Assembly (NCBI GenBank): GCA_002410925.1
Contig: DHPR01000030.1
Coordinates: 1-38,549 of the forward strand
Length of the DNA stretch: 38,549 nucleotides
DNA from: a bacterium UBP13_UBA5359
Lineage (GTDB): Bacteria > UBP13 > UBA5359
Reading direction: 5' to 3'
Every line of letters starts with the position of its first letter. The first letter of the stretch is position 1. Positions 27,176 through 36,356 of this stretch are shown here, one piece after another. The notes below the pieces were generated by a model. The model did no database searches. It was given only the letters and a program-made list of their open reading frames with translations, and had not been told where the DNA came from. Made by a program: the position numbers and the translations under genes.

Positions 27176-28240
27176 CTATCCAGCTTTGCTGCCACTGGAA
27201 GCTCGTATTTTCAAGCTGGGCTGAAAAACTAATTGCCGCGTTCCAGCCTTTTTCTCAATAATATCTATCAACATTTCAGCGGCCGCAACACCCATTTCAT
27301 ATTTTGGCTGAGCAACCGTAGTTAACGGCACGGCCAGGTGTCCGGCCATTTCCACATTATCGTAACCCACTATGGCCACCTCCTGCGGCACCTTTATCTG
27401 ATGTCTCTTCAGAGCATCATAAATATCCTTGGCATCATAATCACTGAGTGCCAGCAAAGCTGTTATCTCTCTCTCTCTTAATTTTTCAACCAGTTTATCG
27501 GTCTTCTCATTCTCAAAGAGAATGATCGCTTCAGGATCATATAGCCCTGCAACCTCTAATGCCTGCCTGTAGCCGTCTAATCGCATATCGAATACGTATT
27601 GGCTATAGGGCTCTCTAGCTACAAATCCTATTCTCTTATGACCGATATCAAGAAGATGTTCCACCGCCATGCCTGCTCCGGCCGTATTATCGGGTAAAAC
27701 AGTCGGAACATTCTTCCAGCCCCTTATAGGCTTGTCAAGAAGAACGAAGGGTAAACCGGAATCAAGAACCGGTTTAAAGCTCTCCTCCTCTCCCGACATC
27801 CCTGCCGGGACAATAATAAGACCTGCTATAGCCTGCTCCTGAAATATCTTCTTCAGATAGCTATCTATGCGTCGATGCGACATCTCGCAATTACTCAGCA
27901 CCAAAGAGTAATCATTTTCAAAGGTAATCTGCTCTACGCCGCGCATAAGTTCATTGACAAAGCTTAAAAGCTTGCCCACCAGCATATTTACCTGTGGCCT
28001 GGTATTGGCTTCTACTCTATTGAGAAACGTTCCTTTTCCCTGCACTTTTGTCAGATACCCGGCGTGGTCCAAATCGCTTATAGCACGTATAACCGTAGTG
28101 CTGCTGACCCTGAATCTGGCAATCAATTCATTTATGGAAGGAACCTTCTCTCCAGGTTTTATCCCTTCCGCTTTGATATAGGATAGAATCTCTTCCTTGA
28201 TTATTTCATGTTTTTTGAGATTATCATTGGCTTTCTTCAT
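27176..28240 (-). CDS. GntR-HTH / LacI-type sugar-binding hybrid regulator (AraR-like)
   Basis: N-terminal GEKVPS..EL...F.VS..TV.RA...L...G....QGKGTF. C-terminal LacI-like domain (GHKRIG, VGYDN, LTTVAQP). Confidence 0.93.
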   Translation of the reverse strand: MKKANDNLKKHEIIKEEILSYIKAEGIKPGEKVPSINELIARFRVSSTTVIRAISDLDHAGYLTKVQGKGTFLNRVEANTRPQVNMLVGKLLSFVNELMRGVEQITFENDYSLVLSNCEMSHRRIDSYLKKIFQEQAIAGLIIVPAGMSGEEESFKPVLDSGLPFVLLDKPIRGWKNVPTVLPDNTAGAGMAVEHLLDIGHKRIGFVAREPYSQYVFDMRLDGYRQALEVAGLYDPEAIILFENEKTDKLVEKLREREITALLALSDYDAKDIYDALKRHQIKVPQEVAIVGYDNVEMAGHLAVPLTTVAQPKYEMGVAAAEMLIDIIEKKAGTRQLVFQPSLKIRASSGSKAG

Positions 28241-28279
28241 TCATCCTACCCTTTCAAGCGCTCTCTTCCTGCTCTAACT

Positions 28280-28295
28280 CTATGTTATAACTTAT
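28280..28295. promoter_or_regulatory. Palindromic operator candidate 3, upstream of the regulator (autoregulation)
   Basis: CTATGTTATAACTTAT (14/16 to consensus). Confidence 0.7.
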
Positions 28296-28339
28296 TACAC
28301 ACTCACTATATTCGCCTTTTTATCCGCATATCCCTTTTT

Positions 28340-29635
28340 TTAGCTGCGTTTGAATAAAACTACCCTGTTGCTGTTAGTGCCTCCACGATTGTTGACGATG
28401 CCCCAGCAATTTGAAGTCTTGGTAAACTGCTGCTCATTGATGATGATACCCCGGCAAGCAAAGCCGGCGGACAGCCCAAGAGGAATGACATGCTCGTCCA
28501 GACGTATGCGTCCTCGCTTTATCTCTCCAACTTCGAAAGCCACCCACCCGCCGGGACGAGTAATACGATAAAGCTCCTGGAAAACATTACCCATGCTCTC
28601 TGACCAATCGTCGACAGAGGAGGTCACGGTCATACTCTCTCCTACTATTCCGGCATCTATTCCGTTAAACCAGCAACGCAACCAGTTATCCGCCGCATAT
28701 TGGACTACATTCAAAAACGGCGGAGAGGTTACCGTCAAGGCTACGGAAGCATCAGCCACCTCGGGAACAGAGCCGGCATCACGACAGGTAAAGAGAGCTG
28801 AAGCTGCTATAGCTTTCAAACGCGCGGCCGTGCCTGTGTCGAGCCTCCTGAGAAGAGAAGCCGTTTTTCGCAGAATAAGGGTCTTGGTGTTGCGATAAGA
28901 AGGCTGCTGCCCTCTTTTGGCGTTGATCTTCAGTTGTGATTGCGGAGAAACTGCCTGGTTGGGCGGCAAGGTATAAACGGAGAAGAACCCCGATGAATGA
29001 CCGGTAAGGCGATTGGTTGCCACCATCCTTATCCATCGGTCAATATCATCCTCTTCGCCTGTTGCAGTGCGCTGCGCCAGATAGCGCTGCAAAGAAAGTA
29101 TCTCTGCTTCGGTATGGGGATGATAGAACATCGAGAGATCTATCTCCGCTTTCAGAGAGTAGTCGTAATCTATCTCTTCCAGCCGCTGCGCTACAGCCTC
29201 CATATCCGGAGAATTGAGCCGCGGCCTGGTCAGCATAGCTGCCAGTGGATTAACATCATTGCCGGCCACATGCCTCCCCAAAGAGGCAGCCTCTATAAGA
29301 GTTGTTCCCCGGCCCATGAAGGGATCATAGACCGTATCCCGCTCTCGAGTAAAAAGCTCTATGAAAAAGCGAGGCAGCTGTGGCTTGAAGCAGGCACGAT
29401 AGGAGATCTCATGCAGCGACAGACCGCGGCGTTGCGCCGCAGTCCAAAACTCATTGCTATAGCGAGGAATCCTGCCGCCGTCGATAACAAGCTCGTCAAC
29501 CACCGTACGGCGGGTGCCGTCAAGAGTAAACTCTGCCAGATATCGTTCAAGTGCCCGCAAGCCAGGTGCAGCATCTGCCGGGTGCTCTTCCTGGTATTCC
29601 TGATAAAGGCTCTGCTGCCGGCTGCCGCCCGTCAA
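28340..29635 (-). CDS. Orphan amino (N4-C/N6-A) DNA methyltransferase-family protein
   Basis: SAM-binding motif I VYDPFMGRGTT precedes motif IV VTSPPF. Start uncertain; TTG 29635 chosen to avoid overlap with leuD. Confidence 0.8.
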   Translation of the reverse strand: MTGGSRQQSLYQEYQEEHPADAAPGLRALERYLAEFTLDGTRRTVVDELVIDGGRIPRYSNEFWTAAQRRGLSLHEISYRACFKPQLPRFFIELFTRERDTVYDPFMGRGTTLIEAASLGRHVAGNDVNPLAAMLTRPRLNSPDMEAVAQRLEEIDYDYSLKAEIDLSMFYHPHTEAEILSLQRYLAQRTATGEEDDIDRWIRMVATNRLTGHSSGFFSVYTLPPNQAVSPQSQLKINAKRGQQPSYRNTKTLILRKTASLLRRLDTGTAARLKAIAASALFTCRDAGSVPEVADASVALTVTSPPFLNVVQYAADNWLRCWFNGIDAGIVGESMTVTSSVDDWSESMGNVFQELYRITRPGGWVAFEVGEIKRGRIRLDEHVIPLGLSAGFACRGIIINEQQFTKTSNCWGIVNNRGGTNSNRVVLFKRS

Positions 29636-29672
29636 GAATGTAGACCCGTCCCTTGCTCTTTTACTGCTTTTA

Positions 29673-30170
29673 CTAGAGGTTGAATGTGCCGTGCTTACGG
29701 AAATGGGCCGGCAGCCCGCCGTCATTCAGTATGGTAATCATGACCTCCGGCAGAGGTTTGACGGCTATCTCTCTTCCCTGCGTCAGATTCTTAATAATGC
29801 CTTTGCTCAGATCAACGGCGAGTTCATCGCCGGCACTTATAGCATCGGTATCGCATTCCACTACCGGCAGACCGATATTGATAGCATTACGATAGAAAAT
29901 ACGAGCAAAGGATTTGGCCAATACGGCTCCGATGCCGGCACACTTGATAGCCTGAGGCGCCTGCTCACGTGAGGAGCCACAGCCGAAATTGCTGCCGGCA
30001 ACGATAAAATCGCCGGAGGTTATCTTGCTGTAGAAATCAGGATCCAGGTCTTCCATGACATACTTGGCCAATTCATTCATATCCAAAGTCTTGAATTTAT
30101 GACGTCCTGAAATTATGTAATCGGTATTGACGTCGTTACCGAATTTATGTGCTCTTCCTTTGAGTTCCAT
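29673..30170 (-). CDS. leuD: 3-isopropylmalate dehydratase / homoaconitase small subunit (type 2)
   Basis: G.AHKFG.DVNTD.II, NFGCGSSREQA and SFARIFYRNAINIGLP. ATG 30170 follows GAGGTG. Confidence 0.9.
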   Translation of the reverse strand: MELKGRAHKFGNDVNTDYIISGRHKFKTLDMNELAKYVMEDLDPDFYSKITSGDFIVAGSNFGCGSSREQAPQAIKCAGIGAVLAKSFARIFYRNAINIGLPVVECDTDAISAGDELAVDLSKGIIKNLTQGREIAVKPLPEVMITILNDGGLPAHFRKHGTFNL

Positions 30171-30175
30171 CTTTT

Positions 30176-31432
30176 TCACCTCACGTACCGACGGGGATCG
30201 GTGATTTTTCCGTTCAGAGCCGAGGCGGCCACGGTGGCCGGAGAGCCCAGATAGACAAAAGCCCTGTTGTTGCCCATGCGCCCCTTGAAATTGCGATTGG
30301 CAGTGGAAATGACGTTCTCGCCATCTGACGGCACTCCGTTGTGGGTGCCCACGCACGGCCCACAACCGGGGGTGACCACAGCAGCGCCGGCTTCGACCAG
30401 CGCCTGAATAACACCTCTGTTCATAGCCTCCAGGTAAACTTGGCGAGAGGAGGGCGCCACTATGAAGCGGACATCAGGGCTGATCTTTTTGCCGCGCACG
30501 ATCTCGGCGGCAATAATCAGATCCTCAAGGCGCCCGTTGGTGCAGGTGCCCAGCATAGCCTGCTGTATAAGCGTGCCTTCTACCTCTTCTATAGGCGACA
30601 CATTATCCACCGTATGCGGCCTGGCCACCTGCGGCCCTATTCGGGAAGCATCGTATTCCTTGACTTTGGCATAAACAGCATCAGGGTCCGCCTCCACGGG
30701 CTGCGACACTCTATCCGAGTGCGCCTTTAGCCAGGCCTCCGTCTTGGCATCGGCTCTCATCAATCCGGCTTTAGCTCCCATCTCGATAGCCATATTGGAG
30801 ATAGTGAACCGGGCTTCCACACTAAGATTATCAATGGCCTCGCCCACATATTCCGCCGCCATGTAGGTAGCACCATCGGCGGTGACATCGCCTATCAGAT
30901 AAAGGATAAGATCTTTGGAATAAACACCCCGGCCTAATTTGCCGTTGATTTGAAACTTGAAGGTTTCGGGAACCTTGAACCATAATTTGCCGGAGATCAT
31001 GCCGGCTGCCAGATCGGTGGACCCAACGCCGGTGGAGAAGACGTTAATGGCGCCATAGGAGCAGGTGTGAGAATCAGCGCCTATTACCAGGTCACCGCTG
31101 ACCACATGCCCTTGCTCAGGCATAAGCTGATGGCAGACGCCGCAGCCGATGTCATATAGCTTTATGCCTTTATCGGCCGCGAATTCACGCATCAGCTTGT
31201 GTAAAGCAGAAACTCCCTCCAGCGGGCTGGGAGCGCTGTGGTCGATGACCATGGCTATCTTGCTGCTATCGAAAACCTTCTCTCCTCCCATATCATTAAA
31301 AGCCCTTATAGCCAGAGGAGATGTCCCATCCTGTCCCATAACAAAATCAAGACCTGCCACCGCTATTTCATTAGCATAAGTCTCTGTGCCGCTATGACGG
31401 CTGAGAATTTTTTCTGCTATCGTCTTTCCCAT
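30176..31432 (-). CDS. leuC: 3-isopropylmalate dehydratase / homoaconitase large subunit (type 2)
   Basis: DH, GVCHQ, DSHTC, Fe-S ligands GTCTNGR and GCGPC, and NRNFKGRMG. ATG overlaps the gatB stop (TGATG). Confidence 0.93.
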   Translation of the reverse strand: MGKTIAEKILSRHSGTETYANEIAVAGLDFVMGQDGTSPLAIRAFNDMGGEKVFDSSKIAMVIDHSAPSPLEGVSALHKLMREFAADKGIKLYDIGCGVCHQLMPEQGHVVSGDLVIGADSHTCSYGAINVFSTGVGSTDLAAGMISGKLWFKVPETFKFQINGKLGRGVYSKDLILYLIGDVTADGATYMAAEYVGEAIDNLSVEARFTISNMAIEMGAKAGLMRADAKTEAWLKAHSDRVSQPVEADPDAVYAKVKEYDASRIGPQVARPHTVDNVSPIEEVEGTLIQQAMLGTCTNGRLEDLIIAAEIVRGKKISPDVRFIVAPSSRQVYLEAMNRGVIQALVEAGAAVVTPGCGPCVGTHNGVPSDGENVISTANRNFKGRMGNNRAFVYLGSPATVAASALNGKITDPRRYVR

Positions 31433-32850
31433 CAAAGTTTCTCCCTTAACAACTTATTGACTATGGCCGGATTAGCCTGGCCTCGAGTCTCTTTCATTAC
31501 TTGCCCCACCAGAAAGCCCAGTGCAGCCTCTTTGCCGGCTTGGAAATCTTCCGCCACTTTGGAATTGGCTGCTATAACATCTTCAATGATGCCGGATAGC
31601 GCTGCTTCGTCACTTATTTGAGTCATACCTCTGTCAGCCACTATCTTGGACGGAGCTTTGCCGGTGCGGAAAGATTCCTCAAAGACCTCTTTGGCGCTCT
31701 TAAGGTTTATTGCTCCCTTGTCTACCAGAGCTATGATCTCAGCCAATACCTCAGGGGTCATATGGGTTTGCTCCAAGCTTTGGCCCGTTTCGTTGAGCAG
31801 GCGCATCAGTTCACCCATGATCCAATTGCTGACAGCCTTGTAATCATGGCTTATAGCCGCTACCTTATCGAAGAAATCGCCTATTTCTTTTGATTCGGTC
31901 AGAACCCCGGCATCGTAAGCCGGCAGACCGTAAGCTGCTATAAAGCGCTCCCGCCTGGCCTGCGGCAACTCAGGCAATGCAGCGGCCATTCTATTTAGCC
32001 AGGCATTATCAACCACCACCCGAACAAGATCTGCCTCGGGGAAGTACCGATAATCATGAGCCTCTTCTTTGGAACGCATGGAGATGGTGACCCCATTGGC
32101 TTCATCCCAGCGCCTGGTTTCCTGGATAACGGTACCTCCCTCGTTCAGTATCTGCGATTGCCGCTCTACCTCGTAGGCCACGCCGCGCTGAACGGCCCTG
32201 ATGGAGTTAATATTCTTCAGCTCTACCTTGACGCCGAACTCTTTAGCGCCACGTAATCTCAGGGATATATTAGGCTCGCAGCGTAACGACCCCTCCTCCA
32301 TATTACCGTCACACACACCGATATAACGCAAAATACTACGCAATTCGGTAATATAGGCTGCCGCCTCTTCGGCCGAGCGAATATCCGGTTCGGTGACTAT
32401 CTCCATCAGCGATGCTCCTCCCCGATTGTAATCCACCAGGCTGAAGGGTTCGCCTTCGGTGTGCACCAGCTTGCCGGCATCCTCCTCCAGATGAATGCGC
32501 CTGATTCTTATACGCCGGCTGCTGTCCATGATATCCAGATAGCCCTTCTCGCCCAACGGCTGATCATCCTGTGATATTTGATAAGCCTTGGGCAGATCGG
32601 GGTAGAAATAGTTCTTTCTGGCAAAGATACTCTCCCGGGCTACTGTGCAATTAAGCGCCAATGCCGTAGTAATAATGTGATCTACCGCCTTGCGGTTCAT
32701 CATCGGCAGTGAGCCGGGGAAGCCGAGGCAGATGGGGCAACATTGGCTATTGGGCTCAGCACCGAACTCCGTGCTGCATCCGCAGAAGAGCTTGCTCTTC
32801 GTCAGCAACTGCGCATGTATCTCCATTCCTATAACAACTTCATACTCCAT
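31432..32850 (-). CDS. gatB: Asp/Glu-tRNA(Asn/Gln) amidotransferase subunit B
   Basis: VIGMEIHAQL, RKNYFYPDLPK, HLEEDAGK, MEEGSLRC, MRSKEEAHDYRYFPE. Confidence 0.97.
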   Translation of the reverse strand: MEYEVVIGMEIHAQLLTKSKLFCGCSTEFGAEPNSQCCPICLGFPGSLPMMNRKAVDHIITTALALNCTVARESIFARKNYFYPDLPKAYQISQDDQPLGEKGYLDIMDSSRRIRIRRIHLEEDAGKLVHTEGEPFSLVDYNRGGASLMEIVTEPDIRSAEEAAAYITELRSILRYIGVCDGNMEEGSLRCEPNISLRLRGAKEFGVKVELKNINSIRAVQRGVAYEVERQSQILNEGGTVIQETRRWDEANGVTISMRSKEEAHDYRYFPEADLVRVVVDNAWLNRMAAALPELPQARRERFIAAYGLPAYDAGVLTESKEIGDFFDKVAAISHDYKAVSNWIMGELMRLLNETGQSLEQTHMTPEVLAEIIALVDKGAINLKSAKEVFEESFRTGKAPSKIVADRGMTQISDEAALSGIIEDVIAANSKVAEDFQAGKEAALGFLVGQVMKETRGQANPAIVNKLLREKL

Positions 32851-32975
32851 AATCATTCTCCTGCCCCTCCAATGCGCCCTGCGGGCGCGGTTGCCGGTTA
32901 TCGGTTTAGGGCTTCTCATAAGCCTTCAGACCTGCTCCTCTTCCTCTTTCTGATGCTGCCAAAACGCTTTTGATA

Positions 32976-34439
32976 CTACCCCGTAATCACAGCCCGGCGT
33001 TTGTGCCAATCCGTGCTCTGCTCATAAGCATATGCTGCCCGCAACATCGTGATTTCATCAAACGGTTTGCCGATGATCTGCATCCCTACAGGCAGGCCGT
33101 TATCAAAACCGCAGGGTATAGACATGGCCGGTAATCCGGCCAGATTGGCGGGAATGGTACAAATATCCGATAAATACATCTGCAAAGGATCGTCAGCTCT
33201 CTTGCCGGCCTTGAAAGCTGTAGTCGGCGTCACGGGAGAGAGCAACAGATCCACCCGAGTAAAAGCACGGTCAAAATCGTTCTTTATCAAAGTGCGGACC
33301 TTCTGTGCTTTCAGATAAAAAGCATCGTAATACCCCGAACTGAGCATATATGTACCCAGCATAATACGCCTCTTGACCTCTGTCCCCAGGCCTTCGCTTC
33401 TGGTACGAATATACATATCAAGAATATCCTCTGCGCCGGAGGCACGATAACCGTATTGAACTCCATCATATCGGGCCATATTGGAACCGGCCTCGGCAGT
33501 AGCGAGGATATAGTAAACAGGCACGGAGTATTCCAGGTGCGGCATGGAAAGCTCCACACATTCAGCTCCCATGCCTGTCAGAAGATCTACCGCCGCATAT
33601 ACCGCCTCTCTGATGCTTGCATCTATACCCTCATGGAAAAGCTCTCCGGGCAAGCCTATGCGCAACCCTCTGATATCCTGTTTCAATCCGGTCGTATGAT
33701 CCGGTATGGGAACATCGGCCGAGGTGGAATCGCAGATATCGTGTCCACTGAGAGCGTTCATCATAATAGCGCAATCATGTACATCTCTGGTAATGGGCCC
33801 TATTTGATCCAGAGAACCGGCAAATGCCACCAGGCCATAGCGTGAAACACGACCATAAGTAGGCTTCATGCCCACCACGCCGCAAAAGGATGCCGGCTGG
33901 CGGATAGATCCGCCGGTATCGGAACCGAGCGCCGCAGGAGATTCTCCGGCAGCCACGGCTGCGGCTGAGCCGCCGCTGGAGCCTCCCGGTACATAATCTA
34001 AATTCCAAGGGTTACGAGTGATCTTAAGAGCGGAGGTCTCTGTGGATGACCCCATGGCGAACTCATCCAGGTTGGTCTTGCCGATAAAGAGGGCTCCGTC
34101 TTCAGCCAATTTCTCTACCACCGTAGCATTGTAAGGCGGAATATAATTCTTCAGCATTTTGGAAGAGCAGGTATTAGGTACCCCGGCCAGGCTTATATTA
34201 TCCTTGATGGCCACCGGTAATCCCGTAATAGGAGTTACGTTACGCCCTTCGCTCCAGCGGTCTGCAGCTTTATGTGCCTGCAACTCTGCTATATCAGAGG
34301 CGAGATTGACAAAGGCGCCAACCTTGCTTTCAACCTCTTCTATCCTGCCGGCAAAGGAACTATATATCTCCTGAACGGTAATATCTCCTTCGCTCAGCAT
34401 CTTCCGCAACTGATGTAGTGTCATATCGTAAATATTCAT
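32976..34439 (-). CDS. gatA: Asp/Glu-tRNA amidotransferase subunit A
   Basis: Amidase signature PGGSSGGS and [11 protein letters not shown], plus NMARYDG and EVKRRIMLG. Confidence 0.97.
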   Translation of the reverse strand: MNIYDMTLHQLRKMLSEGDITVQEIYSSFAGRIEEVESKVGAFVNLASDIAELQAHKAADRWSEGRNVTPITGLPVAIKDNISLAGVPNTCSSKMLKNYIPPYNATVVEKLAEDGALFIGKTNLDEFAMGSSTETSALKITRNPWNLDYVPGGSSGGSAAAVAAGESPAALGSDTGGSIRQPASFCGVVGMKPTYGRVSRYGLVAFAGSLDQIGPITRDVHDCAIMMNALSGHDICDSTSADVPIPDHTTGLKQDIRGLRIGLPGELFHEGIDASIREAVYAAVDLLTGMGAECVELSMPHLEYSVPVYYILATAEAGSNMARYDGVQYGYRASGAEDILDMYIRTRSEGLGTEVKRRIMLGTYMLSSGYYDAFYLKAQKVRTLIKNDFDRAFTRVDLLLSPVTPTTAFKAGKRADDPLQMYLSDICTIPANLAGLPAMSIPCGFDNGLPVGMQIIGKPFDEITMLRAAYAYEQSTDWHKRRAVITG

Positions 34440-34443
34440 GCTA

Positions 34444-34737
34444 TCACTCCATTATCCGAGGGACGCTGAAATACCCGTCCTCTCGATCAGGCGCATTGGC
34501 CAGCACCTCATCTACCGGCAAAGAGGCCCTGACACTATCCTGCCGCAAGATGTTCTGCATCTGCAGAACATGAGCTGTCGGCTCAACCTGCGAAGTATCG
34601 AGTTCATTAAGCTTCTCAAACTGCTCAAACATCTGATTGAATTGTCTGGTAAACTCCTCAGCTTCCCTCTCGTTCAATGCCAGACGACTGAGAAAAGCCA
34701 CATGCTCCACTTCTTTCCGAGAAAGCTTCATTGTCAT
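34444..34737 (-). CDS. gatC: Asp/Glu-tRNA amidotransferase subunit C
   Basis: EVEHVAFLSRL, LDTSQVEPT and NAPDREDGYFSVPRI. Adjacent to gatA. Confidence 0.95.
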   Translation of the reverse strand: MTMKLSRKEVEHVAFLSRLALNEREAEEFTRQFNQMFEQFEKLNELDTSQVEPTAHVLQMQNILRQDSVRASLPVDEVLANAPDREDGYFSVPRIME

Positions 34738-34760
34738 CACCCCGCTTGAAATCCGTCGTT

Positions 34761-34789
34761 ATTATAGCATTGACGATTTATCGGAGCAA
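34761..34789 (-). promoter_or_regulatory. Sigma70 promoter of gatCAB
   Basis: TTGCTC-17 bp-TATAAT with an extended TG. Confidence 0.65.
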
Positions 34790-34890
34790 GGAAAATCAAA
34801 GTCAGAGTGCATATATTATCTATTTTCAGTACCTTTTCAAAAGGGCTGAAACCAGCTTGAGAAGCGGTTTTCAGCCCTTAAAAGTTTATA

Positions 34891-34919
34891 TGGACAGCAC
34901 CCTTGCGCTGTGCTAGAAT
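34891..34919 (+). promoter_or_regulatory. Sigma70 promoter of the polyamine operon
   Basis: TGGACA-17 bp-TAGAAT with an extended TG. Confidence 0.65.
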
Positions 34920-34975
34920 ATGCTGGTATTTTTACGCAAACGATTGTCTGTATTCTTTATTGGGCGGAGGTTGAA

Positions 34976-35389
34976 ATGCATTTAATAATTGATGGCTACG
35001 GGGTAGACCCGGGGAAAGCCAATGACCTTAATTTTATCTTCGATGTCTTGGACAGAACACCTGATGAAATAGGCATGACTAAAATAATGCCACCATATGT
35101 CTTTCGTTATTGCGGTGTCCAGGAACAGGATATGGGTATATCGGGTATAGTTCTTATAGCTGAAAGCCATATCAGCATTCATACCTTCCCCGTGCACGGC
35201 CATATAAATATAGATATTTTTTCATGTAAGGAATTTGATGCCGAAGCTGTGATCGATGCTATGCGTCGTAATTTTAACGCCGCTCATGTGAAAACGCATA
35301 TACTGAAGAGAGGCCTGGAGTATCTTCCCGGCAGAGAGGAGAAAAACGGTGCGCTTGCATCATCCCGTGGAACCGTTGCTACCGTATAA
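34976..35389 (+). CDS. speD: Pyruvoyl-dependent decarboxylase proenzyme of the AdoMetDC (SpeD/SpeH) family, possibly an Arg/Orn decarboxylase
   Basis: HLIIDGY, self-cleavage site IAE|SHISIHTFP and DIFSCK. ATG 34976 follows GGAGG. Confidence 0.85.
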   Translation: MHLIIDGYGVDPGKANDLNFIFDVLDRTPDEIGMTKIMPPYVFRYCGVQEQDMGISGIVLIAESHISIHTFPVHGHINIDIFSCKEFDAEAVIDAMRRNFNAAHVKTHILKRGLEYLPGREEKNGALASSRGTVATV

Positions 35390-36356
35390 AAAGACCGATG
35401 ATCTGGTTAAGGCTATGGGCAAGGGCTCTTTCCAGGCTCGCTCAGCGGGTGACGCCCTGAAAATCTGGAAAAGCATGCTGGCCGATAATACAGTCATCAT
35501 GCTCGGCCTGGCCGGGGCTATGGTACCCGGGGGCATGCGCAAGATAATGACCTACCTGATCAGAGAAAGGTTGATAGATTGCCTGGTCAGTACCGGCGCC
35601 AACCTCTTTCATGATCTGCATGAAATACGTGGTCTTCGTCACTGGCAGGGAGACCCTCTGGCAAATGATAGCCTTCTGCGCGAAGAGGGCATCGATAGGA
35701 TATATGATACCTATGCAGATGATAATGAATTCCTCTCTGATGATGCCTGCGTAGCAGCTTTTGCCCGAAAGCTGGATCGCAGCCGTCCTTATACCACCAG
35801 AGAGTTCTTTTATTTGCTGGGGCAGCACCTGGCAGCTGAATACCGGGAGGATGGCATCCTGACATCCGCAGCTGCGGCCGATGTCCCTATCTACTGCCCG
35901 GCTATAGGCGACAGCAGTTACGGTCTGGCTATGGCCGCTGATAAAGAATTGATAAAAAACCCTCTGCTCTTCGATCTTCTGAGGGATGTTCGTGAATCGG
36001 CTGCCATTGCCTGTGCCGCTGAGGCCAGTGCCGTGATTTATATCGGCGGCGGCACGCCGAAAAACTTCATTCAGCAAACCGAGGTCTATGCCATGATATC
36101 GGGGCAGGATGCGAAAGGGCATCGCTATGCCGTCCAAATAACGGCTGATGCTCCGCACTGGGGCGGATTGAGCGGATGCACTTTCAATGAGGCCCAATCC
36201 TGGGGCAAGATATCCAAAGAGGCTACTACCGCTACCGTCTATGCCGATGCTACTCTTGCCCTGCCGCTGATCGTCAGTGCGCTTTCCTGTGAGGAGGAGC
36301 TGATAAAGAGAAGGACTCGCCCCGCTTTGATGGAAAAGGGGCATTTCAAGCTTTGA
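35349..36356 (+). CDS. Deoxyhypusine synthase-like protein (putative homospermidine synthase)
   Basis: VSTGAN..HD, IDRIYD, CPAIGDSS, GGGTPKNF and GGLSGCT..EAQSWGK (catalytic Lys retained). Confidence 0.92.
   Translation: MRLHHPVEPLLPYKKTDDLVKAMGKGSFQARSAGDALKIWKSMLADNTVIMLGLAGAMVPGGMRKIMTYLIRERLIDCLVSTGANLFHDLHEIRGLRHWQGDPLANDSLLREEGIDRIYDTYADDNEFLSDDACVAAFARKLDRSRPYTTREFFYLLGQHLAAEYREDGILTSAAAADVPIYCPAIGDSSYGLAMAADKELIKNPLLFDLLRDVRESAAIACAAEASAVIYIGGGTPKNFIQQTEVYAMISGQDAKGHRYAVQITADAPHWGGLSGCTFNEAQSWGKISKEATTATVYADATLALPLIVSALSCEEELIKRRTRPALMEKGHFKL

Noticed and set aside
29636-30365. N-terminal extensions of the MTase (to 29725) and of leuD (to 30365) in the ORF track
   Set aside because: They overlap upstream genes in other frames. 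LeuD homology and its RBS begin at 30170.
35442-36344. 300-aa minus-strand ORF
   Set aside because: Antisense shadow of the DHS-like gene.
35349-36356. True eIF5A/EF-P hypusination system
   Set aside because: No efp or hydroxylase gene nearby. The polyamine-operon context favours homospermidine synthesis.
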